From NCBI GenBank assembly GCA_045837725.1, contig JBEWZL010000011.1:248001-312000 (forward strand): a DNA stretch of 64,000 nt, written 5' to 3'. The notes under the pieces were generated by a model. The model saw nothing but the letters and a program-made list of their open reading frames with translations, was not told the DNA's origin and made no database searches. Source of the DNA: Vermamoeba vermiformis. Lineage: Eukaryota. Of the stretch, positions 13,467 through 25,025 are shown piece by piece (position 1 is the stretch's first letter; every line of letters starts with the position of its first letter). The position numbers were made by a program, and so were the translations under genes.

Positions 13467-14354
13467 ATTTCTTTTTTACTTTTTGTCCTTGCCCTCCTGC
13501 AAAGGGGTTGACTTTGAATTAATACTCACTTGTTCGTAATTTTTCTCAAGAATGCACCATAAATAATGCGCAAATTGAATACAGGTAAGTTGGACTATTT
13601 ACTTCCGCACGTTCAAATTCAAAAGAGATACTGTAGTTACTTTCGTCATCCAATTTCATTTGAACAGCACTGTTTTGCTGGCACCTTAAAGTGCTAACCA
13701 TCTAGCATAAAGTGCATTTTTGGTGACCAACTTCTATTAACAAGAGTACATCCACCTGTCATTCTTATTGATCTCTGTTGATTTTCCCTTCTTCAAGCCG
13801 CGTCCTCCGAATAGAATTACTTGATTTCTGATCACACATGTTTGATGGTGGTGTCGTGGCGACGGTCCAAGTGACTCGTACAAAGACCACGTCGCTGTGA
13901 CTGCAATTACGTTAGTATCATTCAAGTTAATATCTAGCATGGTTATCACAATAGTATTTTAGTAATAGCTTACGAGTTTCCAAAATTGCCGTCTTGTTGT
14001 TCAATTCTTTTTCGTTTTTTTGACCTCCAAATATTATCAGTTGTTGTCGTTCAACAACGAATGATTGATGCATTTATTATATTTTGTATCGGAGGAGGTA
14101 TTTGATGCCTTGTAACGACCGTTGGTCCTCTTGTAACGGTAATTTTGTGTACTACAGCCGATCCGACAAAAAGATGGATAAAGATTCCGTCATAGACCAT
14201 TGGATAATGTGTGAAAGGTAAGTTAATATCCAATATTTCATAAGATAAACATTCGTAGATCTGCAACCGGAATTTTAAAAACAAAAAATGTAATTAATCT
14301 GGCAAGCAGAGATAATTTTTATTACCTATTGAATATTCCCAAAAATCATTAAGA

Positions 14355-17300
14355 ATTGAATTGAATTGCGGTATTTTTATTTTTGGGAAAAATGCTACAG
14401 GTACGGGGCGGTACGGACTGGGAGTTCAACCCAACTGCGACGTAAAACCAGGGCACGAGGACCGGCTGATGACTCCCCCGTTTTGCCGTAGGAACTTAAT
14501 CTGCGCGCAATTGGGGGAGTGTCATGTCGACCTGCGTAGTTAATAAAATGATTATTGTGTTTACCTTTATTTCGTTAGTTTTCTTATTTCTTTTTTTCTT
14601 TCCTTCACTATTTCTGCGTCCCGTAGGATTTCGATTGTAAATGTCACCTTCTTCTGGTGTGTTTCTAGTGTGTCCGTGTTGCTGAGTCTGCTTGCCCAGT
14701 AGGTTGCATATCTTTCTCTTGCTATTATTAGCGTTATTCTGATTGTAAATTGTTTTTTATCGTCCTCGTTCTTTAATGCTCTTTTGATTTCTTTTAGCGT
14801 GCTCTCTCTGTCTTTTCGTAAGAGGGTTTTATATTTCGTGGTTACCTTGGTTTTCTGGCACTCGAAGATTGTATGGTCTCCCGATGTTTGCTTTCTGCAT
14901 AGCGCACATATACTTTCGAATCTGCCTTCGTTATTCTTGTACCGCGTTTCAATACGATTGTTAGCCCAAAGATAGTAGAACGACGTTATCTCCGGTGTTG
15001 CTTTCAACTTCTCTACGTGCCAGATGTTCGCTATCTGCTTGTTTTTCATTAGTAGTGCGTGATAGATCCATTCGTTCGTTGCTACTTGTTGTGGTGTGTT
15101 GATCGATGAGATCCATTCTTGAATTTCGGTTTCAGGAAGAATCATTTCTTTGATTTTCTTCTTTTGGTCGATTGTGATATTGACGATAAGCAGCGCGTCT
15201 TTGTTCTCGGTGATTTCTTTGTGTTCTCTGACTATATTCTTGGGGTACCTTTTTAAAATTACCTTGTTACCTTCTATTTTCTTAATTTTCATCGGTACGC
15301 TTGTGCTTTTGCCTCTTATTGTCGTTACCCAGTCGCCTTTGTTGAGTTTGTGGTCTCTTTTCGCTATTTCGTTCCAGGCTTGTACGATCGGCCAGAACGT
15401 TGAATCGTCTTTTTCGTGTGTTCTGTCCTGTAGGATTGGATGTAGGCAGTTAGTTTTTATTTTTTTGTCGAAATATTTTCTCATGAGATTTTTCCACGGG
15501 CCTTTGTCGTCTTGGTTCTTATATCTCCTAATCCATTTCACCAGCAGACCTTTTGATTTTGTTATCGGGTCATGTATTCCTATTCCTCCTAACTCTTTGG
15601 GCCTCATTAGCGTCTTGATCGCTATAATGTTCTTTTTACGATTACCCTTGGTAAACTCCGCTATTATTTTTTTGACTTTGTTGTCTACTTCCGTTGGTAT
15701 TGGGATTATGCTTCCAATGAACCACAGTTTTGACAGCGCTAGCACGTTCACAATCGTGGTTTTGGCCATTAGACTGAGTTTCTCGTGTTTCCATCGGTTT
15801 AGTGCCGATCTGATTCCGTTAATAATTCTATTCCATTCTGTGCTCCTGTCTATTTTGTATCCTACTGTTAACCCTAGGTATCTTTCTCCTGTGTAAATGT
15901 CTGTTACGGCTACGTTTTGGAGTGCTTTTGGCACGTATTTCGATTTTTGCCACCAACCCGTCAGCATTACACTTGACTTGTTGATGTTTATTTTGGCGGC
16001 GGTGGCTTTGCAAAAAAGATCGATGTGGTGCATTACTCTCTGTGCTTCTTTGTCGCTTGTGACAATGGCAACTGTATCGTCCGCGTACCCACTGTTTGGG
16101 ATATTAATCTGCTTCGTTATCTTATAGCCTTTGATGTCTGGATCGTTGAGTATGCTGCAGTGCAGCAGTTCGTTAGTTAGAATAAATAAGAGTGGTGATA
16201 ATGGGCACCCTTGTTTAACTCCTGACCTAATTTGGAACGGTGCTGTGAGGTTGTCGTTGATGTTGATGCGTGCTCTGCATTTTCGATAAATTGCGTAAAT
16301 GGCGTTTCGGAATCTTACTGGGAATTTCAGCTCTTCTAGTACTCTGTGCAGTGCTTTGTGTGACAGTCTGTCAAAGGCTTTTTCCCAGTCTACGAATAGG
16401 AGGGCTGTGCTTGTGTTCTCTTCCATTGCTTCTTCTATGATTGTTTGAATGAGCATGATGTTATCCCGAATATCTCTGCCCGGGACAAATCCAGTTTGGT
16501 GTCTTTCAATTATTTCCGATAGCGTTTCTCCTAGTCTTGTTGCCCAGGCTTTGGCGAATATCTTATAGACTACATTTGTAAGCGATATTGGGCGCCAATC
16601 TCTTGGATCGGTGCCTTCAGCAGGTGTCGCTTTCTTTCTGAGGAGGACTATATTTGCGTCTACAAAGCAGCGGGGTGCTTTGGCCGTGTCGTTTATTTCA
16701 TCGAAGACCTCTGCTAGCATTTGCGCCCATTCTCGTTTGTGCATTTTGAAAACTCTGCCTGTTAAGCCGTCTGGCCCTGGAGCTTTGTCATAGGGCATGT
16801 TTTTAATTACTGTTTCTATTTCGTCAACATCTATTCTTTTTTCCATGTTCCTCGTGTGAGCAGGTTTTAGTTCGATTCTCTTTTTGAGTTCGTTGATCAT
16901 GTTGTGTAGTTCTACTTCATTAATTTGTTTTTCCGCGTATAGTTCTTTGTAGTAGTCCCTAAATATTTCTTTCATTTCGTCTGTGTCATTCGTTATACCG
17001 TTCCCTGTCTTGACGTCCGCAATTGGGTCTTTTCGGTGGAATTTGTTGCGCTGGAAGAACTGCTTTGTGGGTCGTTCTGCTTTTGTGGCTTGGTGATGCC
17101 ATCTTTGTGGTTGTTTTTTGATTTCTTCTTCAAGATGGGTTAGTCGTCCTAGTTTCTTGTAGTGTTCTATGACTTTCCATCTGGCCGCTTTGTCGTCGGG
17201 TGTTATTTGCGTCTCTTGCGTGATTTCGAGTAGGGCGCGGCGAATCGCTTCTCTCTTTTTTTCCGTGTTCTTTTGTAGTCTGCGCTCCGTAGCAATTGCA

Positions 17301-17818
17301 AGGTCTCTAACTTCTTCCATTATGTTGTCGAGGTGCGTTGTCCAGTTAGTGTTCAACGGTTTTTCCCTGATCAGTATTTCTCTGCTTTGCTTGTCGAAGA
17401 GTCTATCAAAGCACGTGGTTGTTGCAATTCGCCACTGCCTTTTCCCTCTCTCTATTTTGCTTTTGCTTAACTTCGCGTGTATTGCAAGGTGGTCTGAGAA
17501 GTGTTCCGCTGACAGTTTGATGTCTATCGACCCAATATTTATCGCGTTGTTGTTTGCCATCATTGTGTCTATGCTACTGCCTCCGTTCAGGTTGGGTCTT
17601 GTTATTGGCCTTTTATTTACGACCCCTATGTTAGGGTCGAGCAGGTCATTGTATTCTTTGCCATCGAACGCTACGTCGAATGCTTGGTGGTATCTCTCAT
17701 ACTTTTTGTTTTCTTTTGTTTTGGTTGGGTCAAAATTGCGATCCATACCGATTATCGTGGGAGTATTCTCCCAATTGTGGTTATTTTCTGCTATATAAGT
17801 TATGTCGTTTGCCATTGT
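14355..17818 (-). mobile_element. 5'-truncated non-LTR retrotransposon (L1/Tx1-like)
   Basis: Identical 10-bp flanks ATCATTAAGA at 14345-14354 and 17819-17828 (TSD). The 3' tail is CAATTCAATTCAAT. The element is intronless with a strongly A-rich sense strand and an RT ORF. Confidence 0.93.
14567..17815 (-). CDS. ORF2-like protein: C-terminal part of an APE endonuclease + reverse transcriptase + C-terminal CCHC zinc motif (1082 aa from the first ATG in the insert)
   Basis: EN remnants IIGMDRN, SSIDT and FSDH. RT motifs KAPGPDG, WRPISL, QTGF, DWEKAFD, GVKQGCPLSP, YADD and YLG. C-terminal CALC...HTIFEC. No internal stops. Confidence 0.93.
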   Translation of the reverse strand: MANDITYIAENNHNWENTPTIIGMDRNFDPTKTKENKKYERYHQAFDVAFDGKEYNDLLDPNIGVVNKRPITRPNLNGGSSIDTMMANNNAINIGSIDIKLSAEHFSDHLAIHAKLSKSKIERGKRQWRIATTTCFDRLFDKQSREILIREKPLNTNWTTHLDNIMEEVRDLAIATERRLQKNTEKKREAIRRALLEITQETQITPDDKAARWKVIEHYKKLGRLTHLEEEIKKQPQRWHHQATKAERPTKQFFQRNKFHRKDPIADVKTGNGITNDTDEMKEIFRDYYKELYAEKQINEVELHNMINELKKRIELKPAHTRNMEKRIDVDEIETVIKNMPYDKAPGPDGLTGRVFKMHKREWAQMLAEVFDEINDTAKAPRCFVDANIVLLRKKATPAEGTDPRDWRPISLTNVVYKIFAKAWATRLGETLSEIIERHQTGFVPGRDIRDNIMLIQTIIEEAMEENTSTALLFVDWEKAFDRLSHKALHRVLEELKFPVRFRNAIYAIYRKCRARININDNLTAPFQIRSGVKQGCPLSPLLFILTNELLHCSILNDPDIKGYKITKQINIPNSGYADDTVAIVTSDKEAQRVMHHIDLFCKATAAKININKSSVMLTGWWQKSKYVPKALQNVAVTDIYTGERYLGLTVGYKIDRSTEWNRIINGIRSALNRWKHEKLSLMAKTTIVNVLALSKLWFIGSIIPIPTEVDNKVKKIIAEFTKGNRKKNIIAIKTLMRPKELGGIGIHDPITKSKGLLVKWIRRYKNQDDKGPWKNLMRKYFDKKIKTNCLHPILQDRTHEKDDSTFWPIVQAWNEIAKRDHKLNKGDWVTTIRGKSTSVPMKIKKIEGNKVILKRYPKNIVREHKEITENKDALLIVNITIDQKKKIKEMILPETEIQEWISSINTPQQVATNEWIYHALLMKNKQIANIWHVEKLKATPEITSFYYLWANNRIETRYKNNEGRFESICALCRKQTSGDHTIFECQKTKVTTKYKTLLRKDRESTLKEIKRALKNEDDKKQFTIRITLIIARERYATYWASRLSNTDTLETHQKKVTFTIEILRDAEIVKERKKEIRKLTK

Positions 17819-18232
17819 ATCATTAAGAGGCTCATTTTTATCTCCGCAACCTCCAAATAAATAAATCTTATCTTTGTAGCTGACCAACGAATGTCAATGA
17901 CGAGGCGACGGACCGTTCTTCGACTGTTTAATCGTTGTCCACGTTATTTTAGTGTCCTTATTTACGATGCTAGCTGGTTTTCCGTTACAAGCAGTTGTTG
18001 GTTCCGTTCCATCTTTTAATAACTAAAAAATACATCTTACTGCTGGTTTAAAGTTAGGGAGCCTTAAGAACAAGGTTACTAGCACTCTGAACTCTCATCC
18101 GATTGTATATGTTAACCTTTCGCTTCGTTCTTGAAATTCACCGAACAATTTGACCGGATCTAAACGGCATAGTTAGGTAAAGTAATTATGAGTGAATTAG
18201 TAATATTTTATTTCATATTTATTCTATAATAT

Positions 18233-19938
18233 TTAGTTTCTGGAATTAACGCTAGAGCGCGAGCCTGTCAGAAGGGCTTCATTTTCGTTATTCAAAAGGT
18301 CGTAGTCGATATCGCCAGATAACCATTTCTTAATGTCCACGAAGAAGTATAAGAACAGCTTGACGGCAATAATGATAAAGAACACGACGATAACAGGAAC
18401 GGCTACTTCATGTCTGAATAGACCCAAAACAATCGTTGCCATTGACAAGCCAAAAATAGATCTGCCCAACCACCCTAATAAAATTAATCGTTATTAGTTA
18501 GTATTCAAACAATAGCATATTATATTAGTATATACGTACAATGAACCTTATCAGGGAAGAAAGGAACTTTAGTTCTGTTCGGATCAAACATGCGATCCGC
18601 TACAACTCCCATAATGATGTTCAAAAACACTACAATGAGCGTGGACAAGCCAAATCGGGAGTGAACCGATTCAAAGTGAGGATAGCCTCCCACAATCTTG
18701 GCCCAGATGATCAAGCCGAACGCTGTAAAAACAGCCATTGAGCCGATCACTTGGATCACAATGTGAGTCGAAAACCACCACTTATGAGCCTAGAAATATT
18801 ATTAATATACGCTCTATATTATCGTATAGTTCGTACCTTCAAATGGCGTGCAATGAATATTCCTACCGACATGCAAAAAGCGAATCCAAAGACCATCAAA
18901 GAGCCGTGGTAATTAACAAGCACCGAAACTAAGGCATCAGTATCATCTGAAGTATTAATTTGGGCACTAGGAGCTAAAAATAAGTTGATTTGGAACGTGT
19001 CGGCGTAATCTCCGTGGAAGCCAAAAGTGTTCGGATCCTTTTTGCCATCGAGGTCTCCGGTCGCCCAAATGAACCTACACAATAGCGTATAAGCCTCACT
19101 ATACTATAGTATTATAGTACTTGCCTAGTAGTAGTATTCATCCACTTATGGTCGTTGATGTCCTTCGTGGCGAATTTGCGCGAGAAGGTGAAAGTGCTGA
19201 AGGGCGGTTGTTTTGTTTGATAGCCATGCACGTCGAAGAAATCATTAGTGCCATTCATATCTAAATATAGAAGGTATTAATAGGCATAATTTCATAGTAA
19301 CATTAAGTTTAGTACCGATATCGCTAGGCGGCATTGTAAATCCATTCTTATTTTTGGATGCGACGCCGTCGATAACCTTATCGAGCTAAAACGATGTATT
19401 AGCTTTATAAATATTATAGTAGTTATCTTACAGTTCCATCTTCGTTAAAAAGAGCAATGGCAAAGTCGGCTTCAGTCATCTTGGTTAAAGAACCGTTGCA
19501 CGAGCTCTCCATGCAGTGCCAGCCAATACCTTAATAAATATAATAAATACAATGCAATTATATAAATAGCTAAAGGTATTTATTCAGTACTTACCAACCC
19601 AACACGCTGCATCAACGGATACCGAAATTGTAATTGTTTCATTTTGCTCGTTTACAGACCACCACGCTCGATATGTTGGTGTTACCGAATAATAGGGCGA
19701 TTGTGAAGCAACTAAAGTGGTGTCAGGTGAGATCCGAAAGAAGCACCAGAAGATCCGAAAAATCTTAATTTTTATAATTGTAGATTATGCTGATTCCTTT
19801 CGGTCTTTGCATAGTGATAATAAGAAAGGAAATAAAAATAAGAATATTAATATTTTTAAACTAATTTTAGTTTTAATTCGCGTTACCTGCCACTACTAGA
19901 ACAGCAATAGCGATCAAGGCCGTTGTTACTCGTAGCAT
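18233..19938 (-). CDS. DOMON + cytochrome b561 (ferric-chelate reductase-like) membrane protein
   Basis: Signal peptide. DOMON motifs (GIGW, M..ADFAIA, FTFSRK, FIWATG...FH). b561 helices with His ligands (YHGSLM, THIVIQ, VHSRFG, KVHW). Confidence 0.85.
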
Positions 19939-20194
19939 ATTAATATTAACGAGTTGTGGTATTGATAAACAATTAAGTGGCTACGAAAGAACCTTCGGAC
20001 GAAACGACTCACAAACCTTCAAAAATTGCTTTTTCTTCGGAAGTTTCTAAGGGCTTTTTGTACGAGAAAAACCGACATTATTTTAGACAATAATAATTGA
20101 GACACTACATGGTTGCATGTAGGTAAAGATCATTTGAATTCGAATGCAGGATCTGCTCTGTAACGTTTACTTTTAATTGGCAAAAGTCGTAATC

Positions 20195-23100
20195 TTAAAG
20201 TTGGTTATCTTGCAAGCTGTGGAATGGCGTTGAAAGATCTTCGCGATAGACCTGATACGAAGCACGGCGCTTCTTGACAGCACGCACGATGAAAATAATG
20301 GCCACCATAATACCCACTGCTCCAATAATGACGCAGATCACGATAATGGCTAAAAAATAATGGTACGTTAGTAACAATATAAATCGTTAATAGGAGTCAA
20401 TATATCTTACCGATAACAGCAGGAGTCAAGCCCATTGTTTGATGGAAATCCTAAAGAGATCCAGTTAGAAGAGTTAATTGTAGAATAAGCAGTCGGTTAT
20501 AAAGACTATAGCGTATATCATATGATATAATATATTATAAGCGCGATATCTTATCTACTTGAGTGATAAAGAAAGACTTTTGGATCTGGGCCTGAGTGGA
20601 TCTTGTAGCGCGTGAATACTTACATCTCCCCAAGCCTGAGTAGCAGTATTATATAAAGTAGCAAGAGCTTGTCGGCCTTGGGTCGTGGTAATGTCGCTAT
20701 TGTGAACAGCGTCCCAGTAATAAGTACGGAATTCGGACACCACGCGGTTGAACTCTTGTGGGTAACGATCATTTGCGTTCAAATACACCTGGTGGAAGTT
20801 GAAACGAGCGACTAAATATAGTTCAAATATTAATATTGCAGCGATACATATGTTTTTAGCGATTTTGTTAAGTATTGTACTTACAGGCTGAAGAAATAAA
20901 TTGGATCGGTCTGTTCGGTGCGTTAGGCGCCAATCTGTAGAAAGCGGAAAGGAAATCGGGCCAATCCAACACATTACCACCGGCGAATGAACCAGCATCG
21001 ATCTACGCATTAACATTATTTTCTGCGAATTTCAAAAAGCGCATCTGGATCTAACGAACTACTTACATCTTGACCACGAATACCTCCATGAGTGATTACT
21101 TTACCGCGCTTGTTGTTAATGAATTTTCCAACGAACAAAGCACATGCACTGCCGCAAGTACCATCAGTAACGATGAGAACATTCTCGGGCCAGTGAGTTT
21201 GACCATTGAACGCATAATCCAAAACCGGTGTGCATTCAGCAGGGAAGAACCTATCATAATAATATTCATTAATAATCGTTCTTTAAGTAGTCCTTGTCGA
21301 AGTCGTTTCAAATTTTTGTTGGAAGAAGACTCGACTTACACTTGTTGCATGAATCGACCTTGTTGACCTCCACGAGTGCGTTGAACAGGCGATGTGTAGA
21401 AGTCAGTACCAGTCATTTGATTACCAGTAGTTGTGCTATAATAAAAAAACAATTAGAGCCGGTTTTCTACGAGCGGATCTTGTCTCTTGTTACTCACTTC
21501 AAATAGTTCGTAGCGTTGATGTATCCAATCTTAAAATATATATCGGTTAGATAATACTAATCAATGAAAATTATCTTACGTTGAACAAGAGATCAGTCAT
21601 CGGAGTTTGACGCAGATCGTACGGTTGCCACAAAGTATTTTCTGGTTCACGAACGGTAGCTAAATAATTAAGAAATAAATATCATTATGCGCTTAATGTA
21701 ATGTATTTACCATGAGCCCAATCTTCAACCAAAAGTCCTTGCAACATAAGACTAAAGCACAACGCGCCACCTCTGAAAAAAAAGTTTAGATCCAATCATA
21801 GCATTTATCCTTATGATGTCTTACCCGTTCTTAGAGACGTCAATAACGACGCTATCATATTTTCTGGCTTGAACTTCATTTCTAAACGCCAAAATTGTAT
21901 TTACGTATTCTTCAGTTGCACTTGGCGCGAAAGTAGTGACTCTCAGAATAGGAACAAAGTTGGCACCTATGCGTATATTAGTAGAAGGTCTCGGGTACTA
22001 TACTAATTATCGATACTAAGGAATGAATAGAAGCACTTACGTTCGTCGAGGTATTCTAAGTACATAGCAGATCCGTCGGATGCTGTTTGTTTCAAACTAA
22101 GACCAACTGAAGAGCCAAGACGAATGTCCTTCACTGTCTGTTGTGAACTTTGATCTTGAGCCAGCATTCGCTCATTAGTTTCAACTGGTGTAGCGACATT
22201 GTCCTAAAATGTATACGTTAGCTATTGACACTTTTGATGACACCAATTAACATTTTGACGCGTCTGAACTAACTAGCGACAATAATAAATGTCAACTATG
22301 ACAGGTGTCAAATTGACGTGTCAAACTCGAACGCACCATCATGGAATGCAAAGAAGAGAACACGGAACTGAATGCCTCGTTAGCACGCTTCTTGATTTGA
22401 TCAGCGTATGAAGGAGTGTCGAGCACAGTCATCAGGCGCTCTTTGGTTTCAAGATGGATATCGGGATTTGAAAGTGCCAACACGGCTTGTGATGACGGCG
22501 CGTTGCTAATCTTGACAGGCATAGGCTAAAAATAACAATCAGCAAATATTCATTAGACTGGCGGGTACGAATGTTTGCACGAACGTCATTTCCTTATTTG
22601 GCAATTATGTGAGCACTTACAGTGTCCAACATTCGAAGTACATCAGCGGTACCGGAAAATCCTCCATTGCAAGCAACGAGTGTCGGAACTTGCAGCGAAA
22701 TTTCCCCAGCCGCAGATTGCAAAAGCAATGTCTCGGTGTTGTAGTCTTGGAGCGGAATTCTAGTGGCATCAATCAAACCCCAGCCCACGTCACCTTCGAA
22801 GAGCTTGTTCACGCGGACATTGATGTCTTTGTAGTTACCAACGAATGTTTGAGCGTATTCCTATTATGCATTAATTAGCTAAAGAAAATTAGCTGTACTT
22901 AAAAAAATTCTATGGCGCGATCCGAATCCGGTCAGGCATGGAATTTCCGATGGTAGTACATAAATATTGTAAAGCTAAATTATGTATGACTTACAGTCAA
23001 ATATTGTATAGGATCTCTGTTGTTGATTTTCAAGACTTGATTGCCAACGTAAGGAGTCGGATCGAAGTTCAAATACTGTTGTAAGATGTCGTTGGATACC

Positions 23101-24229
23101 ATAACTAATAAAAACATATATAATTAGCATGCTAATAGCCATTGTCCAACAATATAATGGGCCAAATTAAGTTTCAAGCTGAGATGTAGATCGGCCGATC
23201 GAGCAAGCGAAGGAAAGGATTTTGCTAGTTAACTGAGATAATAATAAATGTGTACTTACAGTGGTTATCCAAATAAACGCGTTGTTCACCGTTGACAATA
23301 TTAGTGGTCAATGAGAAGGGCTTGAACAGACCGCAGTTTCTGTACGGAGCAGGCATGCCGAACCAAGTGTGCGCATCGTTCAATCGATTGAACAAACGTG
23401 CAATATCTATCATATATATTAGTATGCATATTATAGGACATTGCGTTTTTGCGTAGCGGCTTCAAAATCAAAGCGAGAAATTTGAGAGTCAAATCCGATG
23501 AAATTCGTGCGGGAATAATAAGATTGGATAATCATTACTAACCTGATTGGAATTCGTAGTCGCGCGTATAGAAGTTTTGATCAATCGTGTTCAGACCTGC
23601 ATCCAGATCGACCTAAAAAATATTGGTATTTGTAATAAAATGAGAAATGCTTGAATTATACGCACTTGCATGTTCCAAGGAGCACCAGAGTTCTTTGCGA
23701 TGTCAGTAAATGAATAAAGTTGCGCAAGTTGGCGAAGAACATGCGTAGTGGCAGTAGCACGTGTTTGTTCGAATTGGATCGAGTTGAAACATTGAAGAAG
23801 ACTGGTAAATAGGTAAAATGAATATTAATCAGAAATGTACACGGAAGATACTAGAAAAATAACGCGAAAAATTGAAAGTGAATTGACTGACAGATTTGAA
23901 CCGTATGACGGTTAGCTTTTACAAGCCTAATTAAATAGGAAATAAATAATATTTACGGCCGATCTTATATTTTGGTCAATATTTTGGCTTGGTATTAACC
24001 GGATCAAGCCTGTAAAAAATACTGATTTATTTTTTTAATTTATCGCCTTATTTAACACCAATAATTAGGTATAATATCGCCATATTCATGCTATAGCTAT
24101 ATTTACTTACGTTTCGCGCGGGCCAATCCATCTTTTTCCGTTGTCGTTTCTCAAAGCGCACGGATCTGCTGTAACAAGCAGAGCGCTTACTAGTACGATA
24201 ATAAATATACTAATATATCGTACTGCCAT
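20195..24229 (-). CDS. Secreted/type-I membrane S41-family peptidase; multi-exon
   Basis: Signal peptide, RLNDAHT, VVIDVSKNGGG, catalytic region IVTDGTCGSACALF, and a C-terminal TM helix followed by a basic stop-transfer segment. Confidence 0.8.
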
Positions 24230-24449
24230 CTCTTATATTGTTATATATTACAGAACAAGTTCAAAAAGAACACAACGGAAAAAAAAAGATCATAACACCT
24301 ACCCATTACAACCGGACGGCCCAGGACCAGTTAAAATTTTATTTTTGCCCGTCGGGAAATAGCGCCGAAGTATATCATAGGAAAATATAAATAGGAAGCT
24401 GTAGTGACCATTATCAATAAGCAACAACCTGTAACACCACACACGAACA

Positions 24450-25025
24450 ATGAACTACAACTTACGCCCCCGTCCTTTAAATCGTCGTCGCAGAGTGCTT
24501 ACAGAACGACAAGTGCAGCTGATGAATATATTCGGTAAATTAGGAAGAAAAATCGTCAAGAGAGGCCACTCTGTTGCTAGCATAGCCAAGTCAACTCGCA
24601 AGTATTTGGTCCGCTCGATCCAAAAGCAGATCAAATTCCGACATCGCCGCTTTGTCACCCTCTCCCACCACGTCCCCAGGCGCGTCTTTGCCAACTTGGT
24701 CTTCAAGCACGTCGACGAGGAGGACTTCAAAGTCAACTGGATGCGAGCCCACAAAACCGAAAAAGGCAAGTGGGTGCCGGAGAGAACCCGACTGAGTTTG
24801 GAGGTCGATGTCTTGAAGTGCATTGACATCTTCGGCTCTAAAACTGCTAATGAAAAGCAAATCATCGATCAAGCCAACAGGCCCTACTACGGTTGTGTCG
24901 TACTGCTGGATCACAACGATCGAAGCACGATGAAGATGAAGTATTGCTATGAAACCGAACAACTCCAGCTCAAGTTTCAATTTCAATTGTACCGTAAGAT
25001 TGGAAAGCAAATGATTCTTATTTAG
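24450..25025 (+). CDS. Intronless basic hypothetical protein (191 aa)
   Basis: ATG in an ACAATG context, C/G-biased third positions, and AATAAA directly after the stop. No family recognised. Confidence 0.6.
   Translation: MNYNLRPRPLNRRRRVLTERQVQLMNIFGKLGRKIVKRGHSVASIAKSTRKYLVRSIQKQIKFRHRRFVTLSHHVPRRVFANLVFKHVDEEDFKVNWMRAHKTEKGKWVPERTRLSLEVDVLKCIDIFGSKTANEKQIIDQANRPYYGCVVLLDHNDRSTMKMKYCYETEQLQLKFQFQLYRKIGKQMILI

Larger units (their letters stand above)
13737..17990 (-). pseudogene. Kelch-repeat gene interrupted by a retrotransposon and carrying stop codons
   Basis: Removing the insert restores the kelch blade GPSPRH*HSLVSYKDKIYLFGG...EPLND-FWEYSI. A second blade reads GPSPRHHHQTCVIRNQVILFGG (13737-13949). 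There is an in-frame TGA at 17894-17896 and more stops near 14050. Confidence 0.8.

Noticed and set aside
13394-14355. tRNA-targeted integration like Dictyostelium TRE elements
   Set aside because: The element end is ~890 bp from the tRNA, much farther than typical TRE distances. One copy cannot show targeting.
14466-14525. CTGATGA followed by a hairpin (hammerhead-like)
   Set aside because: No GAAA follows the stem, and the motif is antisense to the element.
15150-17798. Long hydrophobic plus-strand ORFs (248 aa and 209 aa)
   Set aside because: These are antisense shadows of the A-rich RT ORF.
14567-17887. 1106-aa 'kelch-RT' protein as a domesticated fusion gene
   Set aside because: The ORF-track start is a TTG just after a stop, and the TSD shows a simple recent insertion.
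17894-17896. In-frame TGA in the kelch blade plus an AUGA-containing stem in the downstream 3' UTR (selenocysteine or code reassignment?)
   Set aside because: The stem lacks the 3' GA of the SECIS quartet and belongs to the retroelement. TGA ends normal genes here (2975, 10549, 48316), and the kelch gene has other stops.
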